Below are positions 31,120-39,010 of a stretch of 47,302 nucleotides of DNA, piece after piece. The notes beneath the pieces were generated by a model that did not search any database, had not been told where the DNA came from, and saw only the letters and a list, made by a program, of their open reading frames with translations. The first letter of the stretch is position 1, and each line of letters starts with the position of its first letter. Source of the DNA: a virus; the IMG/VR virus record IMGVR_UViG_3300045988_075983, positions 1-47,302 of that record. One strand, 5' to 3'. The translations under genes and the position numbers were made by a program.

Positions 31120-32853
31120 ATGCACGTTATAAAACTGAATGGTTACAATGCCACAACAGAGAATGGTGAAAAGCTGGAACTCGGTACATTTGACAGTTAC
31201 GGAGAGGAACAACTTCAAATTGTTAAAGCGCCGGATTGGGAGAATTTAAGCGTAATAGCGACATTTAATCCCCCTAACAAGAAGCCCGTTCAAGTTGCTG
31301 TTGATTCTGTTACCGGCGTTATAAAAGTTCCAAAGGAAGCTACTGCTGACTTGTACGGCGTTGGAACGATTGTATTTGTCGGTCTTGCAGACGGCGTACA
31401 GCGCATTTCTGCCGATTGTGAGTACATCGTAAGGAAACACTCAAATGCAAGCGGTACAGAGCCAGCAGAGCCTACTCCCGACCTGCTGCAACAGGTTTTA
31501 ACTCTAAGTAAGGACGCACAGACCGCCGCCAAGAACGCAGAGGACGCCGCCAACAGCGTGAGGGAGGACGCCGACAACGGGAAGTTTATCGGCCCAGTCG
31601 GCCCGCAGGGGCCTGTTGGCGAAACTGGCCCGGTTGGCCCCAAGGGGGATACTGGCCCGCAGGGTGAGCGCGGTGAGCAGGGGTCACAGGGAGAGGTTGG
31701 CCCGGAGGGGCCTGCCGGAAAGGACGGCGTACAGATTGATGATGCGGCGGTGAGCGAGGATGCGCCGTGGAGCAGCAAGCACATCATTGACATGCTCTGC
31801 CCACCGCTGGAAGAAAGCGGCAACCCTGTTGTGTGCTACCCTGTGGCGGGATATCCGCTGGGGGTGAAAGCGAAGTGGGAGCCGGTGCAGGAAGGCACGG
31901 GAACGCCAAGCCCCGAAAACATTCGTCCCATCAAGGGACGTGACAGCGTGAAGGTGGAGCGGTGCGGGGAGAATTTAAGCAAAATATCAGATATTTCTAC
32001 GCCGAACAAATCGTTGACACCCGTCGAACTTCCAACCGAGATAGTAGCTGATATTGAAATTTCGTTCGATACGTTAAACGCCGAAATTGAGAACGTTGGT
32101 ACTGCATTTTTCTTGAACAAAGCAGACGGTAAATGGAAAGCAATAACGATTCAAAATTTTGGGATTAGCACGGCAGGGAAGATTCCAAACGGGAGAAAGA
32201 CTGCTGTTTTCCACGGTGTCACATTTAAGACTGTTGAAACAGCGATAGTTAAAAATGGGTACTGTAAATGGAGCGGGGATGTTAATAACTTCTGTGTCTC
32301 CTTTATCCAAAACGCACCATATACACCCTACATCGGGCAGACCAGCATCCTGACCCTGCCTGAAACCGTGTATGGCGGTGAGGTGGACGCGGTGACAGGA
32401 GATGGAAAAGAGACGTGGCAAGTCAAATCCCTTGATGGGACAGAAGGTTGGGCAATTAGAGATACATATATCGGTGTATACAACTTACTATCGCCGACAG
32501 ATAGCGGGAAAGCAATATGTACGCATTTCGACGTTAGAATAAATTATAGTGGTGATTGCATAATCATCTCATACTCAGGTGCTGTATATTTAGGACGTGC
32601 GTTATCTGATAAATATACCGTGGATACATGGTGTGCCTACCTTGCCGCCCAGCACGAAGCAGGAACACCTGTGCAAATTTGCTACAAGCTGGCAACGCCC
32701 ACTTCCTTCACCGCGACAGGCGCACAGCCGTTGTCCGCGCTTGCAGGAGCAAACACCGTACTGACTGACGCCGACAGCGCGACTGTGACGGGACGCGCAG
32801 ACCCCATTAAACGGATCACCGATTTGGAAGATGCGGTTGCATCTCAAACCTGA
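31120..32853 (+). CDS. Tail fibre with a collagen-like G-X-Y segment
   Basis: GPVGPQGPVGETGPVGPKGDTGPQGERGEQGSQGEVGPEGPAGKDG is encoded at 31591-31728. I chose ATG 31120 over the upstream GTG at 31036. Confidence 0.75.
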   Translation: MHVIKLNGYNATTENGEKLELGTFDSYGEEQLQIVKAPDWENLSVIATFNPPNKKPVQVAVDSVTGVIKVPKEATADLYGVGTIVFVGLADGVQRISADCEYIVRKHSNASGTEPAEPTPDLLQQVLTLSKDAQTAAKNAEDAANSVREDADNGKFIGPVGPQGPVGETGPVGPKGDTGPQGERGEQGSQGEVGPEGPAGKDGVQIDDAAVSEDAPWSSKHIIDMLCPPLEESGNPVVCYPVAGYPLGVKAKWEPVQEGTGTPSPENIRPIKGRDSVKVERCGENLSKISDISTPNKSLTPVELPTEIVADIEISFDTLNAEIENVGTAFFLNKADGKWKAITIQNFGISTAGKIPNGRKTAVFHGVTFKTVETAIVKNGYCKWSGDVNNFCVSFIQNAPYTPYIGQTSILTLPETVYGGEVDAVTGDGKETWQVKSLDGTEGWAIRDTYIGVYNLLSPTDSGKAICTHFDVRINYSGDCIIISYSGAVYLGRALSDKYTVDTWCAYLAAQHEAGTPVQICYKLATPTSFTATGAQPLSALAGANTVLTDADSATVTGRADPIKRITDLEDAVASQT

Positions 32854-32867
32854 AAGGAGTAGTTACC

Positions 32868-33116
32868 ATGGCGATTAAAAGTAAAGCGCGGCACGATTTA
32901 ACGCTGCGCAGCATCAAGCGAGAGATTGCAGCAGGACGCGATGTTGCGTTTTGGCTTGACAAAGCATACACGCACCTTGACAACGGCTTGCTGACCGAAG
33001 ATGACATTGCAGAGGTGGAAGCGCTGGCGCAGGAATACTACGATGCTCTGGACGCTGCATCTGACGTAACCTCGGAAAATGCCGCAACGAATGAGCAGAT
33101 TGAAAATGACGCTTGA
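32868..33116 (+). CDS. Hypothetical acidic protein
   Basis: RBS aaaggag. 82 aa. Confidence 0.55.
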   Translation: MAIKSKARHDLTLRSIKREIAAGRDVAFWLDKAYTHLDNGLLTEDDIAEVEALAQEYYDALDAASDVTSENAATNEQIENDA

Positions 33117-33141
33117 CAACTTCGAGCTGGTATGCTACACT
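33113..33141 (+). promoter_or_regulatory. Promoter in front of the lysis cassette
   Basis: TTGACA (33113-33118), 17 nt, TACACT (33136-33141), preceded by TGC. Confidence 0.5.
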
Positions 33142-33164
33142 ACAATAAAAAGAGGTGATACAAG

Positions 33165-33437
33165 GTGGATATTTTCATGAATGTTGCTTCGATGGCATCC
33201 ATTACCGCCATTGTTGAGCTTATCGCTTATGCGTACAAGACAAAGACCTCGGCAGACAATAAGTGGATTCCTGTCATCTGCATGATTGCTGGCGCAATTC
33301 TTAGCATTGCTGCTTGGGTTGTTTACCCGGCTATTTACCCTGCCACGGATGCGTTTACCGCGTGCGCAATGGGTATTGGCTCTGGTGCAACTGCTGTTGC
33401 ACTGTATGAGGGCATTTTCAAGTCCTCTAGTAAATAA
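33165..33437 (+). CDS. Holin-like membrane protein
   Basis: Multiple TM segments (ITAIVELIAYAY, WIPVICMIAGAILSIAAWVV, ACAMGIGSGATAVALY). RBS agaggtg with a GTG start; ATG 33177 is an alternative. Confidence 0.6.
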   Translation: MDIFMNVASMASITAIVELIAYAYKTKTSADNKWIPVICMIAGAILSIAAWVVYPAIYPATDAFTACAMGIGSGATAVALYEGIFKSSSK

Positions 33438-33452
33438 TAGGGGTGTTTGAAG

Positions 33453-33680
33453 ATGCGCACTAAGAAAGCAGAAATTGCAAGTCAAAAGCAAATCGGTGAT
33501 GCAGAGCCGATTGCTGTTTCTACTGACGTAGTTCCTGATGAAGTTATGCCGGTAGAAGATATTCCTCAAGCGAAAGAGTATCAAGTCTTTGTTCGATTCG
33601 CAAGCCGCGAAAATGCAGAGAACTTTAAGTTCAAGTTAAAGTCTCTCGGCTACGACAATGCAGAGTTGAGCGAGGTGTGA
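33453..33680 (+). CDS. Small protein with a SPOR-like C-terminus
   Basis: YQVFVRFASRENAENFKFKLKSLGYDNAEL resembles the SPOR consensus (y.vqvGaf....nA......L...G). Confidence 0.5.
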   Translation: MRTKKAEIASQKQIGDAEPIAVSTDVVPDEVMPVEDIPQAKEYQVFVRFASRENAENFKFKLKSLGYDNAELSEV

Positions 33681-33683
33681 CTT

Positions 33684-33893
33684 ATGCCGACAGAAGTCGC
33701 CCAAAACGTTTATATGAACTACGGCGTTCTCGGCTGCGTTATTGTGTCGTTTTTCATCCTGATTTGGTGGGTTGTTAAGACTTCCAAGGAACGTGAGGAT
33801 AAGCTATACGGCATAATTGAAACCCTTTCAAAAGAGCTTCCCGAAATCCGAAAAAACCTTGAAGAAATCAAGGACAAACTGTTTGATGATTAA
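33684..33893 (+). CDS. BhlA/UviB-like holin-family protein
   Basis: A single N-terminal TM segment (VLGCVIVSFFILIWWVV) followed by a charged coiled coil (KEREDKLYGIIETLSKELPEIRKNLEEIKDKL). Confidence 0.5.
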   Translation: MPTEVAQNVYMNYGVLGCVIVSFFILIWWVVKTSKEREDKLYGIIETLSKELPEIRKNLEEIKDKLFDD

Positions 33894-33905
33894 GGTGTGA
33901 ATCCA

Positions 33906-34211
33906 ATGGATGTTGATACAAAGCTGGACATGGTGAAAGACCCTACCAGCGGGACAGATAATTACATTTCACAGTTTGTGTTTGAATCTTGCGAAATGCG
34001 TCACGAGAAGCGCGAGAAGCGATATTTTTCGATTATCGTTCTGCTTATTGTCCTGCTTGTTGCAACAAATGTTGCGTGGCTGTTCTATGAAGCACAGTTC
34101 CAAGTGCAGACATCAGAAACAGTTACAACCACTACAACGCAAACAGTTGACGCAACACAAGAAACTGCTGATGGCGATGCAAGTCTTGACGTTACGGCGG
34201 GTGGTGATTAA
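33906..34211 (+). CDS. Membrane protein with a Thr/Gln-rich tail
   Basis: One TM segment (FSIIVLLIVLLVATNVAWLF). ATG 33906 lies inside ORF 33897..34211. Confidence 0.5.
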   Translation: MDVDTKLDMVKDPTSGTDNYISQFVFESCEMRHEKREKRYFSIIVLLIVLLVATNVAWLFYEAQFQVQTSETVTTTTTQTVDATQETADGDASLDVTAGGD

Positions 34212-34298
34212 CAATGGCAAAGCAGAAAGTACGCATTAAGACAGTTACCACAACAACGCGGACTAAGACAAGAACCCGCGTTAGAAAGAATCAAAGCA

Positions 34299-34514
34299 AT
34301 GGCAAAAAGAGTGGTAAGTGAGGATATTTCTAACAAAGAGTTATCCGAACTGATTGATTTGTGGGTAAGAGGCGAAACGCCGAGAGCTGTTCTGAAACGC
34401 CGCCTAATTGACGAGCGGACATTTGACCAGCTTTCGGAAGAATTTGGCTACTCCGTCCAGCGAATCAAAGTTATCACCTATAAAGCCGAAGAACAACTGT
34501 TCAAACACATCTGA
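34299..34514 (+). CDS. Small sigma-70 region-4-like HTH protein
   Basis: RAVLKRRLIDERTFDQLSEEFGYSVQRIKVITYKAEEQL resembles sigma region 4. The RBS is weak. Confidence 0.5.
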   Translation: MAKRVVSEDISNKELSELIDLWVRGETPRAVLKRRLIDERTFDQLSEEFGYSVQRIKVITYKAEEQLFKHI

Positions 34515-34529
34515 ATAATAGACAAATAA

Positions 34530-34568
34530 AAGCCTTATCGGGACTTCTCGATAGGGCTTTTTCTTTTT
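34530..34568 (+). terminator. Rho-independent terminator
   Basis: 11-bp stem aagccttatcg / cgatagggctt with an 8-nt loop and a T-rich tail. Confidence 0.75.
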
Positions 34569-34598
34569 ATAATTGAATCAGAAATGAGGTGTTAGACA

Positions 34599-35081
34599 GT
34601 GCAGATGCCTATGTATGGCTCACCTATGGGCTACAATCAACCGTATGGCGGCTGGCAAGCCCCACAACAGCTTTATCAACCGCAGACGAATAGTTTTATG
34701 CCTAAGGCACAGAACGCCCCAGACGGCCTAAATCAGGGCTATGGCTCAATGCCTTGGATTTTTGTTTCCAGTGAGGAAGATGCGAGAAATCGCATTGTGC
34801 AGCCAAATCAAACAGCTTGGTTCATGGATAACAACAATCCGTACTTCTATGTGAAGTCTTGCGATGTTTCCGGTGCTGTCACATTCAAGAAATTCAAGTT
34901 TTCCGAAATGTCTGGCGAACCGGCTACAGATTGTAGGCAGTTGGACGAGGGCAAAATCCGTCAAATTGTAGATGAACGGCTCAACGAATTATTGAATATT
35001 AAGGGAGATGTGAAGAATGAATCCTCTGACTTCTCTGTTCCAACAGGCGAACGCCGCGTCAACACCAAATCCGCAAAGTAA
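34599..35081 (+). CDS. Hypothetical protein: P/Q/G/Y-rich low-complexity N-terminus plus a globular C-terminal domain
   Basis: GTG start 7 nt after gaggtg. The N-terminus reads MQMPMYGSPMGYNQPYGGWQAPQQLYQPQ... Confidence 0.55.
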   Translation: MQMPMYGSPMGYNQPYGGWQAPQQLYQPQTNSFMPKAQNAPDGLNQGYGSMPWIFVSSEEDARNRIVQPNQTAWFMDNNNPYFYVKSCDVSGAVTFKKFKFSEMSGEPATDCRQLDEGKIRQIVDERLNELLNIKGDVKNESSDFSVPTGERRVNTKSAK

Positions 35082-35253
35082 CCCGATGCAAATGATTCAG
35101 ATGCTTGGCCAAGTGAAGCAGATGGTCGGCTCTCGGAATCCGAGTGCTGTGGTTGACGAACTTGTAAAGACCGGCAGATTCAGCCAACAGCAAGTAGACC
35201 AAGCGAAAAAGATGGCTGAACAGATTTACCCGCAAGTAAAGAGTTTCCTTTAA
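35017..35253 (+). CDS. Hypothetical Q-rich small protein
   Basis: Strong RBS aagggag 9 nt upstream of ATG 35017. It overlaps the previous ORF by 65 nt. Confidence 0.5.
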   Translation: MNPLTSLFQQANAASTPNPQSNPMQMIQMLGQVKQMVGSRNPSAVVDELVKTGRFSQQQVDQAKKMAEQIYPQVKSFL

Positions 35254-35325
35254 CTCGCAGTTAAGCAGTAGTGCGCAATATTGCTTTTCTAAAATATACA
35301 AATTTTATGAAAGGTGGAACTTCTC

Positions 35326-35976
35326 ATGGCAATGGAAGATTCTGGCATGATGTCCCCTGCCGATATTGCCGCTCTGACCCGTGGTAACACTGGTTTTGGT
35401 GGCGATGGCATTTCTTGGCTGGTGCTGATTCTGCTGTTCTTTGGCTTCATGGGCGGCGGCTGGGGTGGTCGTTATGGCAACGGCGAACTCGGTCAGTACG
35501 CAACTGCGGCTTCCCAGCAGGACATTCTGTTCGGTCAGCACTTCGGTCAAATCAATGACCGCCTGACTAACATCGGCAACGGCGTTTGTAGCCTTGGCTA
35601 CGATATGCAGGGCAACATCGCCAATCTGGGCAAAGAGATTGCGCTCGGTCAGGCTAACTTGCAGTTGCAGGCCAGCAACAACACTTATGCGCTGTCTAAT
35701 CAGCTGTCCAACTGCTGCTGCGAAAACCGTCTGGCTTCTGCCCAGCTTGGCGCACAGATTGACAAGCAGACTTGCGACATCAATGCCAACATTGATGCTA
35801 AGTTTGCCGAACTGCAAAAGGGCCAACTGGAACAGACCATCGCGGCACAAGCACAGCGCATTAACCAGCTTGAACTGGCCCAGCAGATGTGCGGCGTAGT
35901 GCGTTATCCCATGACCTACGCTTATAGCGCCGGGCAGTCGCCGTTTTGCAATGGCTGCGGCGTAGCCGCCGTATAA
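35326..35976 (+). CDS. Membrane-anchored Gly/Gln-rich coiled-coil protein with Cys clusters
   Basis: ATG 35326 with RBS aaaggtgg. TM segment ISWLVLILLFFGFMGGGW, then Q/N/L-rich heptads, a CCC triplet and the C-terminal FCNGCG. Confidence 0.6.
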   Translation: MAMEDSGMMSPADIAALTRGNTGFGGDGISWLVLILLFFGFMGGGWGGRYGNGELGQYATAASQQDILFGQHFGQINDRLTNIGNGVCSLGYDMQGNIANLGKEIALGQANLQLQASNNTYALSNQLSNCCCENRLASAQLGAQIDKQTCDINANIDAKFAELQKGQLEQTIAAQAQRINQLELAQQMCGVVRYPMTYAYSAGQSPFCNGCGVAAV

Positions 35977-36008
35977 CAACAATATCGCTTAAACCTTTTG
36001 CGCATGTA

Positions 36009-36037
36009 TTGACATAGAAGCGTTTTTGACCTATAAT
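36009..36037 (+). promoter_or_regulatory. Consensus sigma-70/SigA-type promoter
   Basis: TTGACA (36009-36014), 17 nt, TATAAT (36032-36037). Confidence 0.65.
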
Positions 36038-36076
36038 TATAGTTGAAAAAACTATAATAAAAGGGGACTGCACTAT

Positions 36077-36736
36077 ATGTCATCAACGCCAAAAGAAAAT
36101 CTGGTCGGCAAAAAATTTAACAGATTGAAAGTTGTTGGATATATACCAGGGAATAAAACCACAAGGTCGAAGTGGGAATGTGTTTGCGATTGCGGAAAAA
36201 CTGTTTATGCTTCAAGATATGAACTTATAAGCGGCAACACAAAATCATGCGGTTGCTATAGTGCAGACATGTTGAGAAACAGAAAACGACATGGGCTAAA
36301 TAAGCATCCGCTGGCTTATGTTCTGCAAGCTATGAAGCAAAGATGTTACAACCAGACGCACCCAGAATATCACCTTTATGGCGCTCGCGGAATTTCTATT
36401 TGCAATGAGTGGAAAGATTCATTAAATGGCGTGGAAAATTTTGTTAATTGGGCATTAGCAAACGGCTACAAAAGAGGGCTATCAATTGACAGAATTGACG
36501 TGAATGGAGATTATTGCCCGCAGAATTGCAGATGGGCAACAGCGGAAGAACAAACATTGAATAGACGCAACACTGTTGTTGTTAAATACAATGGAGAGGA
36601 AAAACCGCTAATTGTGCTCTGTAGAGAACTTGGTATAAATTACAGTACCGTAAGAAAACGGCTGTCAACCGGGATGTCTGTTGAAGAAGCGTTAAGCCGT
36701 CCAGCAGACAAGCGATATTCCAGAACTAAAATTTAA
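36077..36736 (+). CDS. Zinc-ribbon / AP2-like DNA-binding protein of the homing-endonuclease-associated type
   Basis: Segments: KKFNRLKVVGY...WECVCDCGK...SCGC, then YGARGISICNEW, then LSIDRIDVNGDYCPQNCRWAT.EEQ. Confidence 0.55.
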   Translation: MSSTPKENLVGKKFNRLKVVGYIPGNKTTRSKWECVCDCGKTVYASRYELISGNTKSCGCYSADMLRNRKRHGLNKHPLAYVLQAMKQRCYNQTHPEYHLYGARGISICNEWKDSLNGVENFVNWALANGYKRGLSIDRIDVNGDYCPQNCRWATAEEQTLNRRNTVVVKYNGEEKPLIVLCRELGINYSTVRKRLSTGMSVEEALSRPADKRYSRTKI

Positions 36737-36759
36737 ACGCCCTGTAGGCGAGGTTTATT

Positions 36760-36794
36760 GGCGGGGCAGGTATACTTGCTCCGCCTTTTATTTT
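36760..36794 (+). terminator. Rho-independent terminator
   Basis: 11-bp stem ggcggggcagg / cttgctccgcc (2 G-U pairs), loop TATA, then TTTTATTTT. Confidence 0.7.
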
Positions 36795-36812
36795 GTGAAA
36801 GGATGAAGAATT

Positions 36813-37241
36813 ATGTCTAAAGCAATTGGCTATTATACATACACTGGCGCAACCGCTCTGGCTGTTGGCGATGCTTTGCCGCTGACAAACACTGTCAGAC
36901 AATACGGCAACGCTATTCGCATTGGCAACAATGGCGTTATCATCGGCTCTGCTGGCTGTCCTTGCGTTTGCAATGATGCGGCTGGATACTATTCTGTCTC
37001 GGTCAATACAACGCTTGTAGCGTCTGCCGCTGGCCCTGTGACGGTAACTCTGTATCAGGACGGTCAAGCCGTATCTGGCGCAACACAAACTGTGACTGCC
37101 GCCGCAGCTGATTCCGTTGGTATTGCTTTCACCGCTCCTGTTCGCGTGTATCGCGGTCAGGTTTCCAGTCGTTTGCAAGTAATCGTGACTGGTCAGGCTG
37201 TTACAACTTCCAACGTGGCAGTTGAAGTCGTTAAGGAGTGA
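36813..37241 (+). CDS. BclA C-terminal / C1q-TNF-like jelly-roll domain protein (stand-alone)
   Basis: The pattern GYYSVSVNTTL...VTLYQDGQAVSG...RLQVIVTGQAVTTSNVAVEVVKE resembles the BclA C-terminal domain. From memory only. Confidence 0.45.
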   Translation: MSKAIGYYTYTGATALAVGDALPLTNTVRQYGNAIRIGNNGVIIGSAGCPCVCNDAAGYYSVSVNTTLVASAAGPVTVTLYQDGQAVSGATQTVTAAAADSVGIAFTAPVRVYRGQVSSRLQVIVTGQAVTTSNVAVEVVKE

Positions 37242-37246
37242 TTTCC

Positions 37247-37789
37247 GTGGCAGTTTCCGATGTCTTTTCAAGAATAAAAGCGCATCAGGTCGAGGGAGTC
37301 ATGTTTCACGACCAAATGCGCCAATACTTTGATTTCTTGAATTTAAAAGGCTTCAAGCGTATGCACGAACACCACTACAAAGAGGAATCTGACAGTCTAG
37401 TAAAAACTGATTCGTTCTACATGAGACACGCAAACTCGTTCATCCCGGAATACTCCGTATCAACTCAAAGTTACATTCCGCAGAACTGGCGCAGTTATCG
37501 CAGACAAGATGTAGATGCCACCACAAAGCGCAGAGCCGTAAAGGACGCAATGGCAAAGTGGGTGGAATGGGAACGCCAGACTAAAGACCTCTACTCCACA
37601 AGCTATAAGGAACTTTTAAACGATAACGCGATAGATTTTGCAGACTTCGTCAAAGAGAATCTTGTACTTGATGTGTCGGAAGAACTTGCATTTGCCGAGA
37701 GCCTGTACATGGAACTGGAAAACTGCGATTACGACATGGTTTATCTTGCAGAGATTCAGCCAGATTACAGCAAAAAATTCAAGAAGTAA
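37247..37789 (+). CDS. Ferritin-like four-helix-bundle protein candidate
   Basis: VMFHDQMRQYFDFLNLKGFKRMHEHHYKEESD resembles the first two ferritin helices. GTG 37247 lies 8 nt after aaggag. Confidence 0.4.
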   Translation: MAVSDVFSRIKAHQVEGVMFHDQMRQYFDFLNLKGFKRMHEHHYKEESDSLVKTDSFYMRHANSFIPEYSVSTQSYIPQNWRSYRRQDVDATTKRRAVKDAMAKWVEWERQTKDLYSTSYKELLNDNAIDFADFVKENLVLDVSEELAFAESLYMELENCDYDMVYLAEIQPDYSKKFKK

Positions 37790-37792
37790 CTC

Positions 37793-38023
37793 CTACTTAG
37801 CCGCATTGCTTTTACGCTTTGCGGCTTTTTTTGCGCTTATGCGATGCCATTTGTTCCATTCTTTGATTGTGGTTTCATCGCCTTTTTCAACGGAAAACTC
37901 TACTGTAAAGAACTCATATCCGCAGTCTTTGCAGATTCGCTTTCTATAATTTGTGTTTTCTGGCGGTGCAAACACATTATCTTTGACATATACATTCCCG
38001 CTACCGCATTTTTCACACAGCAT
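37793..38023 (-). CDS. Zinc-ribbon protein (NrdR N-terminal / Ogr-Delta-like) with a basic tail
   Basis: MLCEKCGSGNVYVKDNV...YRKRICKDCGYEFFTVE. Start at Met32 of ORF 37793..38116, with RBS aggag 9 nt upstream. Confidence 0.55.
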   Translation of the reverse strand: MLCEKCGSGNVYVKDNVFAPPENTNYRKRICKDCGYEFFTVEFSVEKGDETTIKEWNKWHRISAKKAAKRKSNAAK

Positions 38024-38414
38024 TATTGTTGCTCCTATCCTGTACGGCAACGCCGTCAATGGCCATGCACAGCTTATCGGCGTTGTCAAGCGTTCTTTCC
38101 CGTCTGTAATTTTCATTTGCTGTTGCCGTGCGCTTCACGGTATCAGCAAAAGCCTTGATTGTGCTGTCAAGCTGTTCCTCGCGAAGCCGGTCTTGACCAT
38201 AACGCCGAGTTATCTGCGCTTTGGTTTTTCCCGCTTCTTCCTTTGAGATTCCGCCCACCTCATAGAGCTTGTAGAGGTATCGAAGTGCTAGGTAAGCACT
38301 TTGTTCAGACCCGCGTAAAAGCGTCTTAAAATCGCTCCTAGCCCCCTTGTACGCCATTTGAGCGAGTTCCTCGATGGTGTACTCTTTTTTGCTCATAGCT
38401 TTTTTGAAATTCAA
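38013..38414 (-). CDS. Hypothetical protein
   Basis: TTG start 6 nt after agaggtga. 133 aa. Confidence 0.5.
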   Translation of the reverse strand: MNFKKAMSKKEYTIEELAQMAYKGARSDFKTLLRGSEQSAYLALRYLYKLYEVGGISKEEAGKTKAQITRRYGQDRLREEQLDSTIKAFADTVKRTATANENYRRERTLDNADKLCMAIDGVAVQDRSNNNAV

Positions 38415-38440
38415 TTTGTTTCACCTCTGATTTGTTATCG

Positions 38441-38893
38441 TTAGCAAACTTTTCTTACTCTGCAAGAGTTAGGACAAGTGGCGTAGTGGTACATCTTTTT
38501 CCTTTTCTTACGCTCGTTCCTTTTCTTGTTTTTTGCTTTTCTCTTTTTGCGTTGCTCTGCTGTTTCCTGCCCAGAATAAAGTTCCTTGTGCTTCTTTATA
38601 AAGTTTAGGAAATCTTTATTTTCGTGTACTCTTTTGTGGCACTCCGGGCAAAGAACAACCAAATCTGACGGCTGTTCATCTCCAAGATGCTTATAGCTAA
38701 CATGGTGCAGTTGCACCATAGATGATTCTTTGCCGCATACAGCGCAGTTGGCTTTGCATCCGTGCCACTTAATTTTAGATTTTCGCATATTAAGCCAATG
38801 TTCAGACTTCAAATAGGCTTTGTAGCCTTTACATACTTCGCCAGTATCTTTGCAGACAATTTCTTTTTCGTAAAGGAACTCCATTGATGGCAT
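38441..38893 (-). CDS. HNH-motif protein with a Lys/Arg-rich tail
   Basis: CAVCGK...LHHVSYKHLG...LVVLCPECHKRVH. RBS aggtgag. Confidence 0.6.
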   Translation of the reverse strand: MPSMEFLYEKEIVCKDTGEVCKGYKAYLKSEHWLNMRKSKIKWHGCKANCAVCGKESSMVQLHHVSYKHLGDEQPSDLVVLCPECHKRVHENKDFLNFIKKHKELYSGQETAEQRKKRKAKNKKRNERKKRKKMYHYATCPNSCRVRKVC

Positions 38894-39010
38894 AATCTCA
38901 CCTACTTTGATAATTTTTTAACAGGTCGGAACTTTTATTACTGCGCTTCGCTTCCTTTTTCTTGCTTGCGCAAGTTAGGCTAATAAGGCGAAGCGTTCCC
39001 GGCAAAGCCG

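Noticed and set aside
31120-32853. Diversity-generating retroelement acting on the tail fibre
   Set aside because: There is no reverse transcriptase ORF anywhere in the circle, and I could find no template/variable repeat pair near the fibre 3' end.
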